Part shown: positions 36,476 to 45,353 of the stretch, in pieces
How positions within the stretch are numbered: position 1 is the first letter of the stretch
Layout: each line of letters opens with the position of its first letter
NCBI GenBank assembly: GCA_964510315.1
Contig: CAZEAP010000004.1
Coordinates: forward strand, 641-64,640
Length of the DNA: 64,000 nucleotides
Direction of reading: 5' to 3'
Source: an uncultured candidatus Brocadiaceae bacterium
Lineage (GTDB): Bacteria > Planctomycetota > Brocadiia > SM23-32
Notes under the pieces: generated by a model
What the model was told of the DNA's origin: nothing
Databases searched by the model: none
Seen by the model: the letters and a program-made list of their open reading frames with translations, nothing else
Translations under genes and position numbers: made by a program

Positions 36476-37261
36476 ATGCTTGTTATAGCCGAGAGAATCA
36501 ACGCCACCCGTTCGGCCATCGCGCGGGCGCTGGAAGAACGCGACGCCGATCTGCTGGCGCAGGAAGCCCAAACCCAGGCCGACGCCGGCGCCGACTTCAT
36601 CGACGTTAACGCCGGAAAGGATCCGGCAAAGGAGCCGGAAAACCTGGCCTGGGCGGTTCGGGTCGTCCAGGAGGCGACCGACCTGCCGCTCTGCGTCGAT
36701 TCTTCGAATCCGGAGGCCCTTGAAGTTGCGCTTGATCTGGTGGAAAGGCGGCCCGTTATGCTCAACTCGGTGACCGCCGAGCCCCAGCGGATGCAGCAGG
36801 TGCTGCCCCTGGCGGCGGACTCCGGGGCCCGGCTGGTCGCCCTCACCATGGACGAGGGGGGGCTGCCGAAGACCGCCGAGGAAAGGGTCGACATCGCCGA
36901 CCGCCTGGTGGAGGCGGCCACCGAAGCGGGGGTGGAGGTGGGGCGGCTCTACGTGGACCCCTGCATTCAGCCGGTCAGCACCAACCCGGAACAGGGAATG
37001 GAAGTGATCGGCGCCGTGTTTCGCGTGATGGAAGCCTTTCCGGGCATTCACACCACCGGCGGGCTGTCCAACGTCAGCTTCGGACTGCCCCGGCGCAACG
37101 TGGTAAACCGCACCTTCCTGGCGCAGCTTATTGCCGCGGGACTGGATTCGGCCATAATGGACCCCACCGCCGAGGGAATGATGGAGACCGTCCTGGCGGG
37201 GGAGGCCCTGGCGGGGCGGGACGACTTCTGCATGAACTATGTGCGGGCCATGCGGGACTGA
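36476..37261 (+). CDS. Pterin-binding (DHPS-like TIM barrel) methyltetrahydrofolate:corrinoid-type methyltransferase family protein
   Basis: IAERINATRSAI, GADFIDVNAG, TGGLSNVSFGLP, typical of AcsE/MtrH/MetH pterin-binding domains. 262 aa. Confidence 0.75.
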   Translation: MLVIAERINATRSAIARALEERDADLLAQEAQTQADAGADFIDVNAGKDPAKEPENLAWAVRVVQEATDLPLCVDSSNPEALEVALDLVERRPVMLNSVTAEPQRMQQVLPLAADSGARLVALTMDEGGLPKTAEERVDIADRLVEAATEAGVEVGRLYVDPCIQPVSTNPEQGMEVIGAVFRVMEAFPGIHTTGGLSNVSFGLPRRNVVNRTFLAQLIAAGLDSAIMDPTAEGMMETVLAGEALAGRDDFCMNYVRAMRD

Positions 37262-37286
37262 GCGTCTGTGTCTGGCGGGGGCGTGA

Positions 37287-39593
37287 TCACTTCTCCGGCA
37301 CCGCTGTGCGCTCCCGTTTGGAGAGATACTCGTCGATGGCTGCGGCGGCACGTTTGCCGCCACCCATGGCCTGAATGACCGTGGCCGCCCCGGTCACGAT
37401 GTCGCCTCCGGCGTAAACGCCTTCCAGGCTGGTCTCTCCTGTGAACTCGTCGGCCATGATGGTGCCCCAATCGGTGACCTTCAGCCCCGGCGTGGTCTGC
37501 GGCACCAGAGGGTGGGGGCGGTTGCCGTAGGCCACGATGACCAGGTCGGTCTCGAAGGTGAAGTCGGAGCCCCCGATCGGGTAGGGCCTGCGCCGGCCGT
37601 CCTCGCCCCGCTCCCCCAGTTCCATCCGCACGCACCGCAGCCCCCGCACCCATCCCGCCGGGTCTCCCAGAACCTCCTCGGCGTTGGTGAGCCACATGAA
37701 CCGGATGCCTTCTTCCTCGGCGTGGGCCACTTCTGCGTCCCGGGCAGGGGACTCGCGGGCGTCGCGGCGGTAAACGACGCGAACCTCCCCGGCCCCCAGG
37801 CGGAGGGCCGTCCGGGCGGCGTCCATGGCCACGTTGCCGCCGCCGAGGACGGCTACCCGGTCCTTCAGCGGCACGGGGGTGGCGTGGTTCTCGCGGTAAG
37901 CCCGCATCAGGTTGACCCGGGTGAGGTATTCGTTGGCGCTGAGCACACCGTTGAGGTTTTCCCCGGGGACGTCTCCGAAGATAGGCGTCCCCGCGCCAGA
38001 GCCGATGAAGACGGCCTCATAGCCTTCGTCCATCAGGTCCTCGACGGTGGCCGTCTTGCCCACCACGAAATTGCAGACCAGGTCCGCTCCCAGGGACCGC
38101 ACGTAATCCACCTCTCTGGCGACGATATCCTTGGGTAGTCGGAAGGGGGGGATGCCGTAGGTCAGCACCCCTCCGGGCCGATGAAGCGCTTCCAGTATGG
38201 TGGGTGAGTAGCCGCGTCGGCCCAGCTCTCCGGCGGCGGTCAGTCCGGCCGGGCCGGAGCCGACCACGGCAATCCGCCGGCCTTCGGGAGCTTCTTCGGC
38301 GATCTGTGGCGGGGGTTTCACCTCCCGCTCGTAGTCTGCGGCAAAGCGCTCGAGGTTGCCGATGGCGACCGGTTCGCCCCGGCGGGCCAGCACGCAGAGC
38401 CCCTCGCACTGGTCCTCCTGGGGGCATACTCGTCCGCAGACGGCCGGCAGGGCGTTGTCGGCCTTCAGCACGGCGGCGGCCTCCAGGAAATCCTCCTCGG
38501 CGATGGCGCGGATGAACCCGGGGATGTCGATCCCCACCGGGCAGCCCTCCACGCACTGGGGCTTCTTGCACTGCAGGCAGCGTTGGGCTTCCACGACGGC
38601 CTGTTCGGGCCGGAGTCCGAGGGGCACCTCTTCGAAGTTGCGGACGCGCCCGTCGGCGGGCTGCTCGGGCATCGGCTGACGGGGAATGTCGACGGCTTTT
38701 TCGGCGGAACGACCCGCCTCCAGCATGGCCTCCTGAAGGGCGGTGTGCTCCTGATCGCAGGAGTGGGCGGGTTCGTAGCGGGGCAGATTACGGGCTTCGG
38801 GGGCATGGCTGTATTGGTTGAGTCGCCGCTGGAGTTGCTCGAAATCCACATCGTGACCATCGAACTCGGGACCGTCGACGCAGGCAAAGCGAGTCTCACC
38901 CCCCACCGTGACGCGGCAGCCCCCGCACATTCCGGTGCCGTCCACCATTATGGGATTGAGGCTCACGAGGGTTTTCACCCCGAACGGTCTCGTCACGCCG
39001 CTGACGGCGGCCATCATGGGAACGGGCCCCACGGCATAGACGAGATCGACCTCTTCGCCGGAATCCAGCATCCGGTGCAAAAGCTCCGTGGGGAAACCGT
39101 TGTACCCGCGGGAGCCGTCATCGGTGGCTACTTTGACTTCGTCACAGATGTCGGCAAGCTCATCCTCCAGGATGAGCAGTTCCTCCGTGCGGGCGCTGAT
39201 GATGCCGGTCAGCCGGGAGGCCTTTAGAGCTATAGCCTCCGCGGCCGCCCGCGCGGGCGCAATGCCGATGCCCCCGCCCATCACCACCGCGTGGTAACAC
39301 GCCTCCACTTCCGTCGGCCGGCCCAGGGGACCCACCACGTCGGGAACGGCCTCTCCGACCTGGAGGGCCGCCAGTTCGCGCGTGCTCTCTCCCACGACGC
39401 CGAAGACGATCACGACCGCCAGCGCCCGGGGGTCCACGTCGGCGATGGTCAGCGGGATGCGTTCCCCTTGCCGGCTGGGCCGCACCACCAGGAACTGTCC
39501 CGCCTTGCGGGCCGTGGCGATACGGGGAGCGTGGATGCTCATCCGGTAGACGTTCTCGGCCAGCTTCCGCTTGTGGAGTATCTGGAACCTCAT
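37287..39593 (-). CDS. Fused NfnA/SudB-like (PyrK-type FAD/[2Fe-2S]) plus NfnB/SudA/GltD-like (glutamate-synthase small-subunit type) oxidoreductase
   Basis: N-terminal ~280 aa are a PyrK-like ferredoxin-NADP reductase module. Then CLQCKKPQCVEGCPVGIDIP...CGRVCPQEDQCEGLC, and two nucleotide-binding sites VAVVGSGPAGLTAA and VAVLGGGNVAMD. The start ATG overlaps the galU-like stop (ATGA). Confidence 0.85.
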   Translation of the reverse strand: MRFQILHKRKLAENVYRMSIHAPRIATARKAGQFLVVRPSRQGERIPLTIADVDPRALAVVIVFGVVGESTRELAALQVGEAVPDVVGPLGRPTEVEACYHAVVMGGGIGIAPARAAAEAIALKASRLTGIISARTEELLILEDELADICDEVKVATDDGSRGYNGFPTELLHRMLDSGEEVDLVYAVGPVPMMAAVSGVTRPFGVKTLVSLNPIMVDGTGMCGGCRVTVGGETRFACVDGPEFDGHDVDFEQLQRRLNQYSHAPEARNLPRYEPAHSCDQEHTALQEAMLEAGRSAEKAVDIPRQPMPEQPADGRVRNFEEVPLGLRPEQAVVEAQRCLQCKKPQCVEGCPVGIDIPGFIRAIAEEDFLEAAAVLKADNALPAVCGRVCPQEDQCEGLCVLARRGEPVAIGNLERFAADYEREVKPPPQIAEEAPEGRRIAVVGSGPAGLTAAGELGRRGYSPTILEALHRPGGVLTYGIPPFRLPKDIVAREVDYVRSLGADLVCNFVVGKTATVEDLMDEGYEAVFIGSGAGTPIFGDVPGENLNGVLSANEYLTRVNLMRAYRENHATPVPLKDRVAVLGGGNVAMDAARTALRLGAGEVRVVYRRDARESPARDAEVAHAEEEGIRFMWLTNAEEVLGDPAGWVRGLRCVRMELGERGEDGRRRPYPIGGSDFTFETDLVIVAYGNRPHPLVPQTTPGLKVTDWGTIMADEFTGETSLEGVYAGGDIVTGAATVIQAMGGGKRAAAAIDEYLSKRERTAVPEK

Positions 39594-40531
39594 GCTTCCC
39601 CAGATCTCTCTTTGAGTTCGGCCCACATTCGGTTCGCCTCCACCCGCAGGCTTCCGCTCAGCGCAAGCGCCATCTGCGCCTCCAGCAGCCCCCCGGGCGT
39701 ACCGATGTCAAAGCGGCCACCTTCCATCAGGAGACCCTGGTAGGGTTCCCGCCGGCACAGCAGGTCCTGGGCGGTGGTCAGTTGGAACTCGCCGTTCTCC
39801 CTGTGGTCCCCGCGGATCATCTCCCCCAGCACTTCGAGTATGCCCGGACTGAAGACGTGCATCCCGAAGTGGGCCAGATACTTGCCCTCCTCCAGGCCGT
39901 CCACCCGACAGCGCTTGCGGGCGGTTGCCGGGTCGGGTTTCTCGATGAAACCTTCGATCTCCACCTTTCTGTGCCCCCGGCCTATGCGTCGCCCCCTGGC
40001 GACGCCGAAGCGGGCTACTTCCCGCGGAGCGACCGGAACGAGGGCGGTGATGTTGCCGGAAGGGGCGGCCCCGCTGAGCTGGACGGAACAGCGCGACGAC
40101 GTACGGCTGATATACACGTGGTCGCCCAGCAGCACCAGGAACCGCTCCCGGCCGATCCATTCCCGGGCGCACCAGACGGCATGGCCGAGTCCCTCCTGCC
40201 GGGGCTGCTCCACGAAGCTGAGCCGGCGCCCCATCTCCGCCAGCCGGTCGGACCATTCCCAGGCCCACTCTTTGCCCTCGTAGATGGGTCGTTGCTCCTC
40301 GGGCAGCGCCGAGAAGTGTTCTCTGAACGCCTCGACTGCTCCCGGCTGGCAAACTATGCACACCTGTTCTACGGCGGCGAGGGCCTCTTCAACGACCGTT
40401 TGGATGACGGGCTTCGTCCGCCCGTCCCGGTCCACCACCGTAAAGAATTCCTTTCGCACGCCGCTGGTGCCCGGATACTGTCGGGTACCCAGGCCTGCGG
40501 CGGGGATGACAGCTTTGCGCAACATGGCCAT
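39590..40531 (-). CDS. galU: UTP--glucose-1-phosphate uridylyltransferase-like sugar nucleotidyltransferase
   Basis: KAVIPAAGLGTR, VEQPRQEGLGHAV, LGDHVY. 313 aa. Confidence 0.8.
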   Translation of the reverse strand: MAMLRKAVIPAAGLGTRQYPGTSGVRKEFFTVVDRDGRTKPVIQTVVEEALAAVEQVCIVCQPGAVEAFREHFSALPEEQRPIYEGKEWAWEWSDRLAEMGRRLSFVEQPRQEGLGHAVWCAREWIGRERFLVLLGDHVYISRTSSRCSVQLSGAAPSGNITALVPVAPREVARFGVARGRRIGRGHRKVEIEGFIEKPDPATARKRCRVDGLEEGKYLAHFGMHVFSPGILEVLGEMIRGDHRENGEFQLTTAQDLLCRREPYQGLLMEGGRFDIGTPGGLLEAQMALALSGSLRVEANRMWAELKERSGEA

Positions 40532-40727
40532 GGCGATCGGAAGGGGCAGGATAAACCTTTAGATTCTACAACATGCCCGGTTGCCGGGCAAACGGCGGAG
40601 GACTCGGCCGGCCCGAAAGCGGTCATCCCTGCCGTACTGCACCCGCTCTGAGGCGTTACGTTGCCGGTCGGAGCCTACGGGAAGCAGGCCCCGGGCCTGC
40701 CAGGGCGAAGCTGCCCTGAACTCCCGA

Positions 40728-41666
40728 CTACTCAGGTGGTTCGTTGGTGATGGTGGTCGTGACTTGCGCGGAGATGGGTATGTTCATGGCCTCGCTGCCC
40801 GGCGGGCGCACCTCCCTGTCGCCTTCGACCTTCTGGGTAAGCCGTCCCTCAACGATCCAGCCCGTGGTTTCCTTCACCCTCAGGGTTCCTTCGCCGTGGG
40901 CCTCCATGTCGTAGCGTATCTTGGCCGGTCCGGCCTGGACCATCTCGCCGCCTTCTCCGGTTACGGCCTCTGTGGTGACATGCAGTTCGGCGATGCCCCC
41001 CTGCCGCCCGGTGAGTTCCATCTCGACCTGTGTGGTGATGGGCACGGGGACGGGCAGGGCGCGTTCCCTGGTCCAGGAGTCGCCGACCCGCACCGGCTTG
41101 TCGGGATAGATCTCCAGCCACTCCCCGAAACGTCTCTTCAGGGCGGCCTCCCCGAATTCACTCTCCAACTGCTGCCACGAGAACAGGGCCTTCCCTCCGG
41201 ACCCCTCCATGATGGCGGCGATCAGCTTGTCGGTGCCCTCCACCTTCAGGACGCGGCCGCTGGAATCTATCTCCAACACCAGTGTCTTGCCGGCAAGGGC
41301 GGCGAATGTGCGCAGCATGACGGGGACGGAATCGGGCGGGTTCTCCGAATCGTATTCCGCCCTCATGCGAGGGCTCTGCAGGTTGGCCTTTATCCTCTCG
41401 AAGGTAACCTCTACGGTATGTACCCCCTCGGGGCTGACCTCCTTGACGGCGAATTCCAGGCCCCTTTCGACGGTCAGACCGGAAGCATCGCCGCCCGGGC
41501 CGCCCTGATGCGCGCTTTTCTGCACAACGGTCACGTAGCTGTAGTAGGATTCGCCCGACTGAAGGTTCAGGCGAAGGCGGACGGCATCCTCATCGGCGCC
41601 CACACCATGGGCGGCCACGACGGCGGCGACCACAACCAAAAAGCTCAAGGCCTTCTTCCGCTTCAT
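40728..41666 (-). CDS. Hypothetical secreted protein (signal peptide)
   Basis: MKRKKALSFLVVVAAVVAAHGVGA signal sequence. No recognisable catalytic motif. Confidence 0.55.
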   Translation of the reverse strand: MKRKKALSFLVVVAAVVAAHGVGADEDAVRLRLNLQSGESYYSYVTVVQKSAHQGGPGGDASGLTVERGLEFAVKEVSPEGVHTVEVTFERIKANLQSPRMRAEYDSENPPDSVPVMLRTFAALAGKTLVLEIDSSGRVLKVEGTDKLIAAIMEGSGGKALFSWQQLESEFGEAALKRRFGEWLEIYPDKPVRVGDSWTRERALPVPVPITTQVEMELTGRQGGIAELHVTTEAVTGEGGEMVQAGPAKIRYDMEAHGEGTLRVKETTGWIVEGRLTQKVEGDREVRPPGSEAMNIPISAQVTTTITNEPPE

Positions 41667-41716
41667 CTGTGTCCTTCCTGCAGAAGTCACCCGTTATTAT
41701 AACGGCTCCGGCGGAC

Positions 41717-42188
41717 AAGGTTAACCGTACGCGTTTACCGTGGACGCTTTGGGAGTTGTGCCTGTTCGACAGCGGCAATCGGCCGTCGCCACGCGGTCCA
41801 CTGCTCGGCATCCGGCCGCCGGGCTCTATAAGAGCCCGACATACCAGCCCAGGGCGCAGCCCTGGGAGAAATCGGCAATAAACCAACGAGCCCTGAAAGG
41901 GCGCGACATATTCGTTCAGGTTGACAGACATCTCGCCATGTACCGGACGAGGCCCGGCTGCCCCGCGTATGTCTCGCCCCTACAGGGCTCAAGTATTTGA
42001 GGGGTGGACCTGTACCCCCAGGGCCGGGCCCTGGGCTGGTATGTAACGCCCCTGCGGGGCTGCGGCGTGCCGTGTGCAGGAGGCGGGGCACTCCTTGGAA
42101 GGCTGCTCAATCGATGATCCGCGAAACGGCAAAGCCGCCGATTTGGATCATTGCTGTCGCTCGGCACGGTAAACGCGTACGGTTAACC
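41717..42188. repeat. ~470-bp foldback / MITE-like element with perfect 25-bp terminal inverted repeats
   Basis: AAGGTTAACCGTACGCGTTTACCGTGG at 41717-41743 is the exact reverse complement of 42162-42188. The arms between are about 70% inverted-similar (ACATACCAGCCCAGGGCGCAGCCCTGGG versus CCCAGGGCCGGGCCCTGGGCTGGTATGT). Internal palindromes GGGCTCTATAAGAGCCC and CCCAGGGC..GCCCTGGG. No convincing ORF. TTAA/GGTTAACC at both junctions. Confidence 0.45.
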
Positions 42189-42200
42189 TGCGCCGGTCCC

Positions 42201-42713
42201 TCACCACGTGCCTTCGTGGATGCGCGAGGTGTCCCAGCGGTCGGCCGGACCGGGGCGTTCGGCCGGATGGCCGATGGAGACCAGCGACAGGCACATCACG
42301 TTCTCAGGGAGCCCCAATATCTCTCGGACGCCCTCCTGGCGCTCTTCGACCGGATGGACGCCGAGCCACACGGCCCCCAGGCCGAGTGCGTTGGCCGCCA
42401 GAAGGAGGTTCTGGGTGGCCGCCGAGCAGTCCTGGACCCAGTAGCCGGAGTGCTTCTCCAACGAGAGGTCGGCCAGCACGGCGATGCAGACGGACGCCTC
42501 CTTCAGCATGCCGGCATAGGGGTGCACTTCCGTTATCCGTTCCATTGCGTCGGCGTCGCGGACCACCACGAAGTGCCAGGGCTGCTCGTTGCCGGCGGAC
42601 GGCGCTGCCATGGCCGCACGGAGCATCTGTTCGACCTCCTCTTCGCTCACCGGCTCGTCGGTGTAGCTGCGAATGCTTCTGCGCGTCATCAGCACTTTGA
42701 ATCCTTCGTTCAT
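42201..42713 (-). CDS. Nitroreductase family protein
   Basis: RRSIRSYTDEPVSEEEVEQMLRAAMAAPSAGNEQPWHFVVV. ATG at 42713 after GGAGG. 170 aa. Confidence 0.85.
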   Translation of the reverse strand: MNEGFKVLMTRRSIRSYTDEPVSEEEVEQMLRAAMAAPSAGNEQPWHFVVVRDADAMERITEVHPYAGMLKEASVCIAVLADLSLEKHSGYWVQDCSAATQNLLLAANALGLGAVWLGVHPVEERQEGVREILGLPENVMCLSLVSIGHPAERPGPADRWDTSRIHEGTW

Positions 42714-42799
42714 GGTTTTACCTCCGGACTGCTGGATCAGGAACGAATTCAGGCGAACCGGCGCACGGTTCCGGGCTCCATCGCCCGGGCACCGACCTT

Positions 42800-43252
42800 C
42801 TACCGAACCAGGAGGACGGGACAGGGGATCTCGTCGATGATGAGTTGCTTCTCGTGGGCCATGAGGTCCCGCTTGGTGGTGGTGGCGCGGAAGGCACCCA
42901 TCACCAGGAGGTCGGCGTCTCTCTTGCTCTGCTCCCGCAGGATTACGGTGTGGCATGCCCCCCTGAGCAGAACGGTTCTGCTCTTAACGTCCGCCTGGTC
43001 GGCCAGTTGGCTTACGTAGTTCAGTTGTTTGCGACAGGACTCCTCCAGTTCCTCCTCATACTCGTCCATTTCTTCTTCGACGAAGATCCGGTATTTGAGC
43101 AGTTGCTTCAGTGTGGCGGTGTCGACCACGGCGGCGGCGACCAGCACAGCCCCCTCGTCGGCGGCGAGGTTGATGGCGTCTTTGGCGGCCTGCATCCCGG
43201 TCTCGCTGCTCTCGGCGAGCAGGAGTATCTTCGCGTAGGTTTGTTTGGCCAT
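42800..43252 (-). CDS. uspA: Universal stress protein (UspA family)
   Basis: KILLLAESSETG...ADLLVMGAFRATTTKRDLM...CPVLLV, the ATP-binding Usp fold pattern. 150 aa. Confidence 0.85.
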   Translation of the reverse strand: MAKQTYAKILLLAESSETGMQAAKDAINLAADEGAVLVAAAVVDTATLKQLLKYRIFVEEEMDEYEEELEESCRKQLNYVSQLADQADVKSRTVLLRGACHTVILREQSKRDADLLVMGAFRATTTKRDLMAHEKQLIIDEIPCPVLLVR

Positions 43253-43255
43253 CGC

Positions 43256-43927
43256 TTACTCCGGAGGCGCTGATTGCTCGGTCCGGCGGGCGCGCTCCCG
43301 TTCGCGGGCCGCCTCTCGCTTGCGCTTTACCTTGCGCAGGACGATGAACTCCTCTCTGCGACGCTCGGCCAGCACGTCCTCGATGCGTTTTATAGCCTCT
43401 TTATATGAAGGTATGAAGAGGTTCTCCAGCGCATTTACCCGGCGCTGGGTCCGGCGTATCTCCCGAGCCAGCCGGAACACGGCGTTCTCCACCTCCGCCA
43501 GTTCGGCCACCAGGGGAACGGCTTCCAGAAACCGGGCCATCACCTGATCGCTGTGGCCGCTGCCGGAGTTCAGCCCGAACTGCAGGCCGAAAGTGTCCGG
43601 TTCGCACTCGACGTCCGGCACCGGAACGCCCATCACCGAGTGGGAGCGGATGCTGACGGAGTGCTGCATCTGCACGGCGCAGCCCTGGCGCCTGAGTCCG
43701 GCCGAGCCCTGGCGGACGGCTGCACTGCGGTACGCCGCACAGGCTTTCTCCATGGCGTCTGCGACCTGTTCTTTGATGCGGCGCGCGGCCTCCAGCTCCG
43801 ACATCAATTCGGTCACCAGTATCTGCCGCTTCTTGTCCAGCAGGTCGTAGCCCTGCTGGACCCGCTCCAGGGTCTCCTGTATGTCCAGGTAGTTCTGCCG
43901 GGTGGGCGCGATGTCCATACGGGGCAT
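43256..43927 (-). CDS. atpD: V/A-type ATP synthase subunit D
   Basis: RQNYLDIQETLERVQQGYDLLDKKRQIL is the canonical subunit D N-terminus. Last gene of the operon. Confidence 0.9.
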   Translation of the reverse strand: MPRMDIAPTRQNYLDIQETLERVQQGYDLLDKKRQILVTELMSELEAARRIKEQVADAMEKACAAYRSAAVRQGSAGLRRQGCAVQMQHSVSIRSHSVMGVPVPDVECEPDTFGLQFGLNSGSGHSDQVMARFLEAVPLVAELAEVENAVFRLAREIRRTQRRVNALENLFIPSYKEAIKRIEDVLAERRREEFIVLRKVKRKREAARERERARRTEQSAPPE

Positions 43928-43928
43928 G

Positions 43929-45353
43929 TCAGCTCTCCTCCCCGGCGTGCTGTTCGGCGGCGGGTTCCGCTTCCGCGGTCCCGTAGTAGCGCTCCAGCAG
44001 TTCCTCGCTGAGCCGGCTCAACTCGCTGCGGGGCAGTATGCTGACCACCTCCCAGGCGAGGTCCAGGGTATGCTCGACCGAGCGGTCCTCCTCCTGCCCC
44101 TGATGGATGTACTGCTGTTCTAATGCCTCACCGAACTCCAGGTATTGCCGGTCGGCGGGGGAAAGCTCCTCCTCGCCGATGACCGAGGCCAGCCCCCGGA
44201 CCTCCTCCACCTGGCTGTAGGCCGCGTAGAGCTGGTTGGAGACGTCCATGTGGTCCTCGCGGGTGTAGCCCTTCCCCACGCCGTCCTTCATCAGGCGGGA
44301 AAGGCTCATCAGGGCACCGACGGGGGGGTATATCCCCTGCTGGAAGAGACTCCTGTCGAAGACGATCTGCCCCTCGGTTATGTAGCCGGTCAGGTCGGGC
44401 ACCGGGTGGCTGATGTCGTCGGAAGGCATGGTGAGAATGGGCATCTGGGTGATGGACCCCTCGGCGCCCTGCACGCGGCCGGCCCGTTCATAGAGGGCGG
44501 CCAGGTCGCTGTAGAGGTGGCCCGGATAGCCCTTGCGGGCCGGTATCTCATCCCGGGCGCTGCTGATCTCCCGGAGGGCGTCGCAGTAGTTGGTCATGTC
44601 GGTCAGAAGCACCAGAACGTGCATGTCCTTCTCGAAGGCCAGGTACTCGGCCAGGGTAAGGGCGCATTCGGGGGTGAGCTTTCGCTCCACGCTCGGGGCG
44701 TCGGCGGGGCTGAGGAAGAGCGTGACCCTTCCCATGACGCCGGCCGCCTCGAAGCTGTCCCGGAAGAAGTTGGCCTGGTCGTTCTTGATGCCCATGCCGG
44801 CCATCACGACGGCGAACGACGCCTTCTCCTCCAGGAGTGTCGCCTGTCGGACGATCTGGGCCGCCAGCCGCTGATGAGGCATGCCGCTGCCGCTGAAAAG
44901 CGGCAGCTTCTGGCCGCGGATCAGGCTGTTGGAACCGTCGATTATGCTGATGCCCGTCTGGATGAAATCGGTCGGGTAGGCCCGCGCCGCCGGGTTGATC
45001 GGGCGGCCGTGGACGCTTCTTCGCTGCCCGCCCAGCGGCGGAGGGCCGCCGTCGATCGGGCGCCCCAGGCCGTCGAAGATGCGCCCCAGCATGTCTTCGG
45101 TGACGCGCAGCTCGAAGGGGTGGCCGCTGAACCGCAGCCGGGTCTGGGAACTGCTCAACCCGGAGGCTCCGCCCAGAACCTGCACCACCGCCCGGTCGCC
45201 GTCGACCTCCAGGACGGTGCCCCGTCGTGGCTCCTCCCCGGGGCAGCGGACCTCCACCGTCTCATCGAAGCCCACCCCGGGCAGGCCGGAGACGTAGACC
45301 AGCGGGTCGTCCACGCGGTCCACGCCCACGTATTGTACGGGTTTGTCTCTCAT
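43929..45353 (-). CDS. atpB: V/A-type ATP synthase subunit B (regulatory)
   Basis: 474 aa. P-loop-like [17 protein letters not shown], strongly similar to subunit A downstream. Classic A3B3 non-catalytic subunit. Confidence 0.95.
   Translation of the reverse strand: MRDKPVQYVGVDRVDDPLVYVSGLPGVGFDETVEVRCPGEEPRRGTVLEVDGDRAVVQVLGGASGLSSSQTRLRFSGHPFELRVTEDMLGRIFDGLGRPIDGGPPPLGGQRRSVHGRPINPAARAYPTDFIQTGISIIDGSNSLIRGQKLPLFSGSGMPHQRLAAQIVRQATLLEEKASFAVVMAGMGIKNDQANFFRDSFEAAGVMGRVTLFLSPADAPSVERKLTPECALTLAEYLAFEKDMHVLVLLTDMTNYCDALREISSARDEIPARKGYPGHLYSDLAALYERAGRVQGAEGSITQMPILTMPSDDISHPVPDLTGYITEGQIVFDRSLFQQGIYPPVGALMSLSRLMKDGVGKGYTREDHMDVSNQLYAAYSQVEEVRGLASVIGEEELSPADRQYLEFGEALEQQYIHQGQEEDRSVEHTLDLAWEVVSILPRSELSRLSEELLERYYGTAEAEPAAEQHAGEES

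Noticed and set aside
41735-42167. ORFs inside the foldback element (41735-42091 minus, 41916-42167 minus, 41740-42000 plus)
   Set aside because: Products are R/P-rich without motifs. The region's palindromic nucleotide structure explains its conservation better than coding.
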